From Minisyncoccota bacterium (lineage in GTDB: Bacteria > Patescibacteriota > Minisyncoccia > Phycocordibacterales > UBA9973), in contig DATGWJ010000020.1 of assembly GCA_035299545.1 (NCBI GenBank), forward strand, positions 1-57,714: a DNA stretch of 57,714 bases. Direction: 5' to 3'. The notes below the pieces were generated by a model that saw only the letters and a list, made by a program, of their open reading frames with translations, searched no databases and was not told the origin of the DNA. Each line of letters begins with the position of its first letter. Positions within the stretch are counted from its first letter, which is position 1. This document shows, one piece after another, positions 36,598 through 45,448 of the stretch. The position numbers and the translations under genes are program-made.

Positions 36598-36614
36598 TAC
36601 TGAAGTATTCTTAG

Positions 36615-37748
36615 TTAAAGTTGTAAGTTCCCGTTTGCCTTTAAAGGTAAGCGGGACTTTTTATTTTTGATTCCGAAGTATCCAGCGATAGCTATCATAA
36701 GCGCATTATCACCAGTTAATTCGCGAGAAGGGAAGTGAACTTTTGTTTTTAGTTTGTTTTTCTTAAGAGCTTTTGTCATAATCTCTTGAAGGTATTTATT
36801 TGCGGAAACACCACCTCCAACAATAAGAGTTTTTATTTTATATTCTTTGATTGCTTTTATTGTTTTATGCACTAATGTTTCAACTACCGCATCTTCAAAT
36901 TCACGAGCAATCATTTGTTTTATTCCAACATTCTGTAGAATGTTGGAATGTTTTTTTTCTAAATCACGAATTAAATAAAGTACAGCAGTTTTCAATCCAG
37001 AAAAAGAAAAATCATAATCCTTTGAGTGAATCATAGGACGAGGAAGAATAATAGAAGGCAGGAAATCGCTGACTTCTCTAAGGACCGTCCTTGAAGAAGC
37101 CCCAAAGGACGGTCCTTTAGCGATTTCCTGCCTCTCAATACTAGCCAACCTTGATACTTCAGGTCCCCCAGGGTAAGGAAGCCCAAGCATTCGAGCAACC
37201 TTGTCGAAAGCCTCTCCGCTTGCGTCATCTCTTGTTTGACCTATCTTTTTATACTTCATCCAATCTTTTATAAGGATAAGTTCTGTATGCCCTCCAGAGA
37301 CTAAGAGTGAAAGTATCGGAAATATTTTTTTATTTGTATCTATTATGAAAGTTTTTCCTTTCTTTGGAAAAATAGAAAAGATATGCCCCTCCATATGGTT
37401 CACTGGTACAATTGGGATTTTATATTTATCGTTAATTTCTTTTGCAAAAACTATTCCAGTCCAAAGTGCTGGCTCAAGTCCGGGACCTGTCGTCACAGCT
37501 ATGGCATCTATGTTTTCTATTTTTAATTTTGCTTGTTTGAGAACTTTTTTAAAAATGATTGGCAAATTTTTTATATGTTCTCTTTTTGCAAGAGCAGGGA
37601 AAACACCCCCATATTCTTTGTGGATATCTATCTGGGAAGATATTTCATTACCCAGTATTTTAAATTGTGTCTTTTTGCCTTGCTTTACAGCATTTATTAT
37701 AGCTATTGCTGTCTCATCACAAGAGGTCTCAATGGCCAATATTTTCAT
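36615..37748 (-). CDS. tsaD: tRNA N6-threonylcarbamoyltransferase TsaD (start moved to ATG 37748)
   Basis: LAIETSCDETA, HMEGH, LVSGGHT, DDASGEAFDKVAR, SFSGLKTA, GGGVSAN, TGDNALMI. Confidence 0.96.
   Translation of the reverse strand: MKILAIETSCDETAIAIINAVKQGKKTQFKILGNEISSQIDIHKEYGGVFPALAKREHIKNLPIIFKKVLKQAKLKIENIDAIAVTTGPGLEPALWTGIVFAKEINDKYKIPIVPVNHMEGHIFSIFPKKGKTFIIDTNKKIFPILSLLVSGGHTELILIKDWMKYKKIGQTRDDASGEAFDKVARMLGLPYPGGPEVSRLASIERQEIAKGPSFGASSRTVLREVSDFLPSIILPRPMIHSKDYDFSFSGLKTAVLYLIRDLEKKHSNILQNVGIKQMIAREFEDAVVETLVHKTIKAIKEYKIKTLIVGGGVSANKYLQEIMTKALKKNKLKTKVHFPSRELTGDNALMIAIAGYFGIKNKKSRLPLKANGNLQL
36922..36949. repeat. Palindrome inside tsaD (HSNILQNVGI)
   Basis: ATTCCAACATTCT-GT-AGAATGTTGGAAT; same family as the intergenic 41455-41488 palindrome. 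Confidence 0.8.
37056..37133. repeat. 78-nt (26-codon) hairpin inside tsaD
   Basis: 15-bp perfect outer IR with two AAGGACNGTCCTT units in inverted orientation. Confidence 0.85.
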
Positions 37749-37804
37749 GAAATTACTATACCACAAGGGTTTTTATTTGACTATTTTTATGATATCCTTT
37801 AAGT

Positions 37805-38380
37805 ATGACAAAGAAACATATTATCACCATTGCAGGGAAGTTGGGGAGTGGCAAATCTTCTACTTCAAAAATGGTTGCTAGTTTACTAAGTTATGAACAT
37901 GCTTCTACCGGGGACTTTATGCGTAGAATGGCAGAAGAGAGAGGCATAAAGCTCGATGAGTTAAGTAAGATAGCAGAGACAGATGATTCTGTAGATTTAA
38001 CTATTGATAAGTATACTAAAGAACTTGGAGATAAAAATAATATTGTTATTGATTCAAGATTAGGTTTTTATTTCATTCCAGATTCATTTAAAGTTTTTTT
38101 AGAACTTGATTCCGATATAGCGGCTGAAAGAATTTTAGAAGATAAAAAGTCAAATCCTTATAGACACAATGAAGCATTTGGTTTCAATACGAAAGAAGAA
38201 GTAATGGAAAGTATAAATAATCGTTCATTGAGTGAAAGAAAAAGATATAAAAATTTATATGAAATAGAAGATATTACATCTCATAATAATTTTGATCTAG
38301 TTATCGATACATCTAAAATGCCACTTCACGAAGTTGCGAAGAAAGTTATAGATGAATATTATAATTGGCTAAAAAATTAA
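37805..38380 (+). CDS. cmk: Cytidylate kinase (short AAA/archaeal-type)
   Basis: ITIAGKLGSGKSS, STGDFMRRMAEERG, VIDSRLG, AAERI. Confidence 0.85.
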   Translation: MTKKHIITIAGKLGSGKSSTSKMVASLLSYEHASTGDFMRRMAEERGIKLDELSKIAETDDSVDLTIDKYTKELGDKNNIVIDSRLGFYFIPDSFKVFLELDSDIAAERILEDKKSNPYRHNEAFGFNTKEEVMESINNRSLSERKRYKNLYEIEDITSHNNFDLVIDTSKMPLHEVAKKVIDEYYNWLKN

Positions 38381-38382
38381 TT

Positions 38383-39777
38383 ATGAAAATTTTAAGCGAA
38401 ATATTAGAAGATGTAAATGTTATAGAGAGTCATGGAAACTTGGGATCCAAGGTATCTTCTTTGTCGCTTAACTCAAAAGAGATTGAACTAAATTCTCTAT
38501 TTATAGCACTCGTGGGGAATGTTGTAGATGGGCATATGTTTATAGATGAAGTTATAGAAAGTGGTGCTACAACCATAATCCATGAGAAAGATTTAAATGA
38601 ATACAAGAATGGTATTACTTATGTAAAAGTTGCAGATACTCACAACGCTTTAGGTATTATCGCCAATAACTTCTATGGGGAACCATCTCGCAATTTAAAA
38701 TTAATTGGAGTTACCGGTACAAACGGCAAGACAACAACAGCGACGCTTCTGCATCAACTTTTCCGAGATCTTGGGTATAAAGCTGGGATGATAGGAACAG
38801 TAGTGAACAAGGTGAATGATAAATCTTATGATGCAGTAAGGACAACTCCGGATTCTATATCCTTAAATAAACTTATGGCGGAAATGGTGAATGACGGATG
38901 CAAGTATTGTTTTATGGAGGTAAGTTCTCATGCTGTATCAGAGAAGAGAATAGATGGACTTACATTCTTTGGTGGAATATTCACCAATCTTACTCTGGAT
39001 CATTTGGATTATCATAAGACCTTAGATAATTATTGCAATGCAAAGAAAGCATTTTTCGATATGTTGCCTTCTTCTGGTTTTGCTATTGCAAATATAGATG
39101 ACGCTCGAGGAGAATATATGCTCTCTACAACAAAAGCAAACAAATACACACTAAGCTTAAAGAAGAAAGCAGATTTTAATGAGAGACTAAAAACAAAACT
39201 AATTGGAGAATTTAATGCTTATAATATTCTGGGTATTTATGCTGTCGCAGTGTTACTAGGGCAAGATAAAGAAAAAGTGAAAGAAATAATTGAAAATCTT
39301 GAACCAGTCGCTGGGCGTTTCCAATATATAAAGTCACAAAATGGAATTACTGGAATAGTGGACTATGCGCATACTCCAGATGCTCTAGAGAACGTACTTA
39401 AAACAGTAAATGATTTGAAAGGGAAAGGGAAGCTTATTGCAATTGTTGGTTGTGGCGGTGATAGAGATAAAAGCAAAAGACCAATAATGGCAAAAATTGG
39501 ATACGATATGAGTGACATACTTATTCTTACTTCCGACAACCCTCGCACAGAAAGACCAGAAGATATCCTAAATGATATGCAAAAAGGTTTACCTCTAGAA
39601 GGTGATAAGGTTGAAATAATAGTTGATAGACATTTAGCTATACAAAAAGCCTGCTCGCTCGCGCTCGCAGGCGACTTCATCCTGGTTGCTGGAAAAGGCC
39701 ACGAAACATATCAAGAAGTAAATGGACTCAAAACTCACTTTGATGATATGGAAGAATTAAGGAGATATTTAAAATAA
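38383..39777 (+). CDS. murE: UDP-MurNAc-Ala-Glu:meso-DAP ligase (likely start ATG 38383)
   Basis: GVTGTNGKTT, MEVSSHA, NLTLDHLDYH, VDYAHTPD, SDNPR (mDAP-type motif), AGKGHE. Confidence 0.96.
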   Translation: MKILSEILEDVNVIESHGNLGSKVSSLSLNSKEIELNSLFIALVGNVVDGHMFIDEVIESGATTIIHEKDLNEYKNGITYVKVADTHNALGIIANNFYGEPSRNLKLIGVTGTNGKTTTATLLHQLFRDLGYKAGMIGTVVNKVNDKSYDAVRTTPDSISLNKLMAEMVNDGCKYCFMEVSSHAVSEKRIDGLTFFGGIFTNLTLDHLDYHKTLDNYCNAKKAFFDMLPSSGFAIANIDDARGEYMLSTTKANKYTLSLKKKADFNERLKTKLIGEFNAYNILGIYAVAVLLGQDKEKVKEIIENLEPVAGRFQYIKSQNGITGIVDYAHTPDALENVLKTVNDLKGKGKLIAIVGCGGDRDKSKRPIMAKIGYDMSDILILTSDNPRTERPEDILNDMQKGLPLEGDKVEIIVDRHLAIQKACSLALAGDFILVAGKGHETYQEVNGLKTHFDDMEELRRYLK

Positions 39778-39778
39778 A

Positions 39779-41449
39779 ATGCATTCAGAAACAAGACAAT
39801 GTAATAAATGTAAAGTAGAATTTATTTTAGATCAAGATGAATTGTCTTTCTATGAGAAAATGAAAGTACCTGTTCCCAATGTTTGCCCAGATTGTCGTTT
39901 TGAGATGAGGGCGATATGGAGGAATGAGATGATATTGTATACAGGTCAAACTTGTGGTTTATGCGGTAAAAATATTATCTCGAGATATAATCCAAAACTA
40001 AAATACAATGTTTATTGTTGGAAATGTTATTTTTCTGATAAGTGGAATCCAGATGAATATTTTATAGATTATGATTTATCAAAATATTTTGTTGATCAAT
40101 TTGGAGAATTGTTAAACAAAACACCCAAACTCTCTTTACATATAAGTGAAGTTGAAGGTCTAATAGTGAATAGTGATTATATAAATAGTGCTGGGGGGTG
40201 TAAGAATTGTTACTTTGTTTTTAATACGAGTATTTGCCAAGAATCAATATATTCAAAAGGAATAAAATTATGCACTGAAGTTTCCGATATTTACTACGCT
40301 TTAAATCTTGATCTGTCATATGAATGTGTAAATGTTAATAAATCATCTGGAATTGTTTTTGGTAGTAATTCTGTTGGCTGTGTGGATTCATTTTTTATCT
40401 CAAATTGTAGTGGTCTAACAAATTGTTTTGGTTGTGTAAATTTAAGAAATAAAAGTTATTGTTGGTTTAATGAACAACTTACCCATGATGAATATAAACA
40501 AAAGTTGGAAGAAATACTTGGAAGTTATTCTGGTATAGAGAAAGCTAAAAAAGATTTTGAAAATTTTTGTTTAAAATATCCACACAGGGAAAATAATAAT
40601 CAAAAAACAGTTGATTCAACTGGGGACTATCTTTTTGAGTGTAAAAATGTAAAGAATTCGTTTGAAACAACTAATGGTGAAGATTGCAAGTATGTTTTTT
40701 CTTGTAAGGGACCTAAAGATTCTATAGATGTTACTGGTTGGGCTGTGTCATCTCAACGTCTTTTAAACGCAGTAAGTAGTGCATATTCTTCAAATTTAAT
40801 AGCAGGATTAGGTGTTGAAAATTCTCAAAATGTTTTATATGGTTTTTATATTACTAATTGTGAAGATTGTATCGGATGTGATTCAATAAGTAATAAAAAA
40901 TTCTTTATTCTAAATAAACAATACACAAAAAAAGATTATGAGGAGTTAAAGGAACATATAATTAAAGAACTTACAAAAGATGGAATATATGGATTAATGA
41001 TACCAACAGAACTTTCTCCTTTTGCTTATAATGAAACTATAGCTCAAGATAATATGCCTCTAACCAAAGAAGAAGCTCTTGCTCAAGGTTTTAGATGGGA
41101 AGATGATATTCAGATAACAAAAGGAAGAGAAACATTACAGCCAGAAGAGATTCCTGACCATATAAAAGATGTGCAGGATTCTATAACAAGTAAAATACTA
41201 AAGTGCATTTCTTGCGAAAGAAATTATAAAATTATAGAACAGGAACTACTTTTCTATAGAAAAATGAATTTACCAATTCCTCACAAATGTTTCTATTGTC
41301 GTCATCATGATCGCATAAAAAGGCGAGGCCCATACAAATTCTGGGACCGAAAGTGTGACCACTGTGGTAAAGATATAAAAACAAATTATTCCCCAGATAG
41401 AAAAGAAATAATTTACTGTGAACACTGTTACCAGCAAGAAGTTTATTAA
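39779..41449 (+). CDS. Cys-rich zinc-ribbon/beta-repeat protein of unknown function, paralog 1
   Basis: CNKC, CPDCR, CGLC, CWKC, FGCVNLRNKSYC, C-term CDHC...YCEHCYQQEVY. Confidence 0.85.
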   Translation: MHSETRQCNKCKVEFILDQDELSFYEKMKVPVPNVCPDCRFEMRAIWRNEMILYTGQTCGLCGKNIISRYNPKLKYNVYCWKCYFSDKWNPDEYFIDYDLSKYFVDQFGELLNKTPKLSLHISEVEGLIVNSDYINSAGGCKNCYFVFNTSICQESIYSKGIKLCTEVSDIYYALNLDLSYECVNVNKSSGIVFGSNSVGCVDSFFISNCSGLTNCFGCVNLRNKSYCWFNEQLTHDEYKQKLEEILGSYSGIEKAKKDFENFCLKYPHRENNNQKTVDSTGDYLFECKNVKNSFETTNGEDCKYVFSCKGPKDSIDVTGWAVSSQRLLNAVSSAYSSNLIAGLGVENSQNVLYGFYITNCEDCIGCDSISNKKFFILNKQYTKKDYEELKEHIIKELTKDGIYGLMIPTELSPFAYNETIAQDNMPLTKEEALAQGFRWEDDIQITKGRETLQPEEIPDHIKDVQDSITSKILKCISCERNYKIIEQELLFYRKMNLPIPHKCFYCRHHDRIKRRGPYKFWDRKCDHCGKDIKTNYSPDRKEIIYCEHCYQQEVY

Positions 41450-41454
41450 AAAAT

Positions 41455-41488
41455 AACATTCCAACATTCTCGAGAATGTTGGAATGTT
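41455..41488. repeat. Perfect 34-bp spacerless palindrome between the Cys-rich paralogs
   Basis: AACATTCCAACATTCTC|GAGAATGTTGGAATGTT. Confidence 0.9.
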
Positions 41489-41498
41489 TAAGTAAAAA

Positions 41499-43208
41499 AT
41501 GGAACATAAGGAAGAAAAAAGAATATGTCAGAATTGCAAAAATGAGTTCACTATAGAGCCAGAGGATTTTAATTTTTATGAAAAGATAAAAGTACCAGCA
41601 CCGACTTGGTGTCCGGAATGCAGGCTAATAAGACGCCTTTCATTTAATAATGTATTTTCAATATATAAGCGTAATTGCGGTAAATGTAATGAGTCTATCA
41701 TTTCGATGTATTCACCAGATAAAAAAACAATTGTCTACTGCAATCCTTGTTGGTGGGCAGACAGTTGGGACGGGAGAGAATATGCGATGGATTATAATCC
41801 CAGTAGACCTTTCTTTGAACAGCTTAAGGAGTTAACTGAGAAGACGCCGTATCAGGCAACTAATAGTGGGTATAAAACTCTTATTAATTGTAAATATAAT
41901 AATGGTCTAGGATATTGCAAAGACTGCTATATGATATTCTGGGCAGATTACTGTGAGAATGTTTTTTACTCTGCTATCTTAAATACTTTAAAACATAGCT
42001 CTGATTGTATTCGTGGATATTTTTCTGAACTTTGTTATGAGTCAGTAGGGTTTAGTAGGTGCTATAGAACATTTTTCTCGGACGAATGCGATGATTGCAT
42101 CGATGTTTGGTTTTCTCGAAATTGTTACAATTGCACAAACTGTATTGGATGTGTAAATTTGCGAGGCGAATCAAATTGTATTTTTAATGTCAAATATACA
42201 AAAGATGAATACAAAGAAAAGCTTAAAGAGCTCAATCTTGAATCATGGAAAAGTATTCACAATCTAGAAAAAGAAGCACATAAATTTTGGCTCACGAAAC
42301 CATTCCGAGCATATCATGGACACTCTTTAAATTTAAATGTTACTGGTGACTATGTATATGAATCAAAAAATTCAAAAGAAGGGTATATTTTAAACGGAGC
42401 AGAAGATTGCAAATGGTGCCAATTTATAACAGTAAAGTCGATAAAAGACTGTTATGATTACTCTGGATGGGGAAATGGTGCGGAACTTATATATGAAGTG
42501 TCTGTGGCTGGAGAGGGCGCAAGCAATGTACGATTCTCAGACCAGTGTTGGCCAAACGTTATGAATGTAGAATATTCTATATATGCTAATTCTTGTAAAA
42601 ATTGTTTTGGATGTGTGAATCTTAAAAATAAGGAATATTGTATTTTGAATAAGCAATACACAAAAGAAGAATATGAAAAGCTAAAACAAATAATTATTGA
42701 AAATATAAAAAGAAACCCTTATATAGACAAAAGAGGAAGAACCTGGACATATGGAGAGTTCTTACCATTAGAATTATCACCCTTTGCTTATAATGAAACC
42801 TTAGCAATACAATTTTTCCCAAAAACAAAAGAAGAAATTTTAGAAAAAGGATTTGATTGGTATGAGAAAAAAGATAATCAATATACTATAACAATGAAAG
42901 CGGAAAATCTTCCAGATACTCTTTCTGAAACAGACGATTCTGTTCTGGATGAAATTATTTCTTGTGCGACATGTGGTAAGGCTTATAAATTTGTTTCTGA
43001 GGAACTTAACCTGATGCGAAAGCTCGGAATGCCACTACCTCATTCTTGTTTTAATTGTAGACAACAACTTCGTTTCTCTCATACCAATTTACCTAAGCTT
43101 TATAATAGAAATTGCGATAAATGTGGTATAAAGGTTAGAACCTCATATGCCCCAGATAGACCAGAAGTAATATATTGCGAGAATTGTTATCAGCAGGAAT
43201 TTATTTAA
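41499..43208 (+). CDS. Cys-rich zinc-ribbon/beta-repeat protein of unknown function, paralog 2
   Basis: CQNC, CPECR, CGKC, CNPC, FGCVNLKNKEYC, C-term CDKC...YCENCYQQEFI. Confidence 0.85.
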   Translation: MEHKEEKRICQNCKNEFTIEPEDFNFYEKIKVPAPTWCPECRLIRRLSFNNVFSIYKRNCGKCNESIISMYSPDKKTIVYCNPCWWADSWDGREYAMDYNPSRPFFEQLKELTEKTPYQATNSGYKTLINCKYNNGLGYCKDCYMIFWADYCENVFYSAILNTLKHSSDCIRGYFSELCYESVGFSRCYRTFFSDECDDCIDVWFSRNCYNCTNCIGCVNLRGESNCIFNVKYTKDEYKEKLKELNLESWKSIHNLEKEAHKFWLTKPFRAYHGHSLNLNVTGDYVYESKNSKEGYILNGAEDCKWCQFITVKSIKDCYDYSGWGNGAELIYEVSVAGEGASNVRFSDQCWPNVMNVEYSIYANSCKNCFGCVNLKNKEYCILNKQYTKEEYEKLKQIIIENIKRNPYIDKRGRTWTYGEFLPLELSPFAYNETLAIQFFPKTKEEILEKGFDWYEKKDNQYTITMKAENLPDTLSETDDSVLDEIISCATCGKAYKFVSEELNLMRKLGMPLPHSCFNCRQQLRFSHTNLPKLYNRNCDKCGIKVRTSYAPDRPEVIYCENCYQQEFI

Positions 43209-43211
43209 TTT

Positions 43212-43820
43212 ATGTTATCAGAAAAAATTATTTACATTGGAGTACTAATAAATCTTATATGCTCAATTTGGTATATTCGAGATATTTTTTATTCTAGCAC
43301 TAGGCCGAATCTAGTTTCATTTTTTATTTGGACTATTGCTCCATTTGTCGGTGTTTTCTTGCAATTAAAAGCAGGAGCAGGATTATCTGTATTAGGGACA
43401 TTTATGGCAGGGTTTTTCCCTCTGTTAGTTATTATATTTTCCATAATAAAAGGAAATGCTTTTTGGAAATTAACCAAATTTGATTTTATTTGTGGGGTTT
43501 TTTCTATTTTAGCTCTCATTATATATGTAATAACAAATAAATTAGGAATTTCTATTCTTTTTGCGATATTAAGTGATGGTCTTGCATCAGTTCCTACAAT
43601 TATAAAATCATTTAAATATCCAGAATCAGAAACGCCAGCGATATATCTAGGTGGAATTATAAATAATACTTTGGCTTTGTTGATTATAAGGAATTGGATT
43701 TTCTCTATTTATGCCTTTAGTATTTACTTTATTGTTGTAAATATAATAATAGTATTTTCTATTTATTACAAAAAAATGCTAAGATTGTTAAATCTTGGTA
43801 ATAAACAAATATCCATCTAA
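43212..43820 (+). CDS. Polytopic membrane protein with two PQ-loop/SWEET-like halves
   Basis: About 7 TM; half-repeats YIRDI..TRPN..SF.IW and PTIIKSFKYPESE. Confidence 0.6.
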   Translation: MLSEKIIYIGVLINLICSIWYIRDIFYSSTRPNLVSFFIWTIAPFVGVFLQLKAGAGLSVLGTFMAGFFPLLVIIFSIIKGNAFWKLTKFDFICGVFSILALIIYVITNKLGISILFAILSDGLASVPTIIKSFKYPESETPAIYLGGIINNTLALLIIRNWIFSIYAFSIYFIVVNIIIVFSIYYKKMLRLLNLGNKQISI

Positions 43821-43823
43821 AAT

Positions 43824-45203
43824 ATGCAGAATTATAAACAACAATTTAAGGGCAAGCGTATTACAATAATGGGGTTAGGGCTACTTGGACGTGGTCTTGG
43901 ATATACTAAATTCTTGGCAGAATGTGGGGCTGATTTAGTAGTGACGGATTTAAAAACAGAAGAACAACTTACAACCTCAGTGAAAGCACTAAACAAGTTT
44001 AAGAATATTAAATTTGTTTTAGGAGAACATCGGTTAGAAGATTTTAAAAACAAAGATATGATAGTGAAATCCGCCGGAGTTCCTCTTGATTCCATTTATA
44101 TAAATGAAGCAAGGAAGAATAATATTCCAATTGAAATGGATGTATCCTTATTTGCCAAATGTGCACCTCTAGTTATGATTATCGGAGTTACAGGTACAAG
44201 AGGGAAGTCAATGACTACAGCTTTATCTTACGAAATTTTAAAAGCTAACGAAAAGTTACTAAAAAGGAAAGTTTATATTGGTGGAAATGTGCGAGGTGTA
44301 GCTACTCTTCCTCTTCTTAAAAAAGTGAAGAAAGGGGACATTCTTGTCTGCGAACTTGATTCTTGGCAGTTGCAAGGATTTGGTGAAGCAAACCTGCCTG
44401 ACCGGCAGGCAGGAATTTCTCCACATATTTCAGTATTCACAACCTTCATGCCAGACCATATGAATTACTACAAAAATAGTATGGAAAGATATTTTGAAGA
44501 CAAGGCAAATATTTTTAAATACCAAAATAAAGATGATGTGTTAATTATTCTTCCTGAAATGAAGAAATTAATCAAGAAAGAGGAAGTGAAAGGTAAATTA
44601 GTAATTGCTGATGGGAAAAATGTCAGTGATTGGAAATTCAATGTAAAGGGAGATCACCATAGGAACAATATGGCTTGTGCTGTAGAAGTGGCGAAAGTGC
44701 TCGGTATCCCAGAATCAAAGATAAAGAAAGTAATTTCTAAATTCAAAGACCTAGAGGGACGCCTTCAATATTTAAAGACATACAAAGGTATTAAAATCTA
44801 TAATGATAATAATGCCACAACCCCCGAGGCCACAATCGCCGGTCTTGAAGCATTATCTAAAGATTTCGCAAGGACAGTCCTTGCGAAAAATAAGGTTATT
44901 TTGATTTGTGGAGGGGCGGATAAGGGGCTACCTTTGGATAACTTTGTTAAAATGGTAAATACACACTGTAAAGCTGTGATAATGATTCCAGGAACAGGTA
45001 CAGAGAGATTATTGAAGAGTTATGAACTCAAAGTTAAGAATGAGGTGGGGAAAGAATTAAATGATATAGTGAAGCGAGCAGTAAAAGAATCAAAAAAAGG
45101 GGATACTATTCTCTTTTCTCCAGCTTTCGCATCTTTTGGAATGTTTAATAATGAATACGAAAGAAATGATTTATTTATTAAGATAATTAAAAAGTTGAAA
45201 TAA
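43824..45203 (+). CDS. murD: UDP-MurNAc-Ala:D-Glu ligase
   Basis: GLGLLGRG, GVTGTRGKS, ELDSWQL, PDHMNYY, YNDNNAT, ICGGADK, SPAFASF. Confidence 0.95.
   Translation: MQNYKQQFKGKRITIMGLGLLGRGLGYTKFLAECGADLVVTDLKTEEQLTTSVKALNKFKNIKFVLGEHRLEDFKNKDMIVKSAGVPLDSIYINEARKNNIPIEMDVSLFAKCAPLVMIIGVTGTRGKSMTTALSYEILKANEKLLKRKVYIGGNVRGVATLPLLKKVKKGDILVCELDSWQLQGFGEANLPDRQAGISPHISVFTTFMPDHMNYYKNSMERYFEDKANIFKYQNKDDVLIILPEMKKLIKKEEVKGKLVIADGKNVSDWKFNVKGDHHRNNMACAVEVAKVLGIPESKIKKVISKFKDLEGRLQYLKTYKGIKIYNDNNATTPEATIAGLEALSKDFARTVLAKNKVILICGGADKGLPLDNFVKMVNTHCKAVIMIPGTGTERLLKSYELKVKNEVGKELNDIVKRAVKESKKGDTILFSPAFASFGMFNNEYERNDLFIKIIKKLK
44393..44413. repeat. 21-nt palindrome in-frame in murD (LPDRQAG)
   Basis: CCTGCCTG-ACCGG-CAGGCAGG; precise removal leaves GEA-K-ISPH. 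Confidence 0.8.
44864..44888. repeat. 25-nt palindrome in murD (FARTVLAK)
   Basis: TTTCGCAAGGAC-A-GTCCTTGCGAAA, identical to intergenic 49648-49672. Confidence 0.9.
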
Positions 45204-45204
45204 T

Positions 45205-45447
45205 ATGAAAAAGCTAGAAATTGGGGCGGTGTATAAACATTATAAGGGAACAAAGGCGAAAGTTATTGGAGAAGGGTTACATAGTGAGACGATGGAACCA
45301 CTAGTTTTCTATATTCATCTAGAGGATGGTGGTGTTTGGGCAAGGCCTAAAGAAATGTTCCTAGGAAATGTTATAGTGAATGGGCAAGAAGTAGAAAGAT
45401 TTGAGAAAATAGAACAGGAAATTTTAATAAAGCCAAGTAAGAATTAA
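45205..45447 (+). CDS. DUF1653-family protein
   Basis: YKHYKG...HSETMEPLVFY..L...WARPKEMF. Confidence 0.85.
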   Translation: MKKLEIGAVYKHYKGTKAKVIGEGLHSETMEPLVFYIHLEDGGVWARPKEMFLGNVIVNGQEVERFEKIEQEILIKPSKN

Positions 45448-45448
45448 C

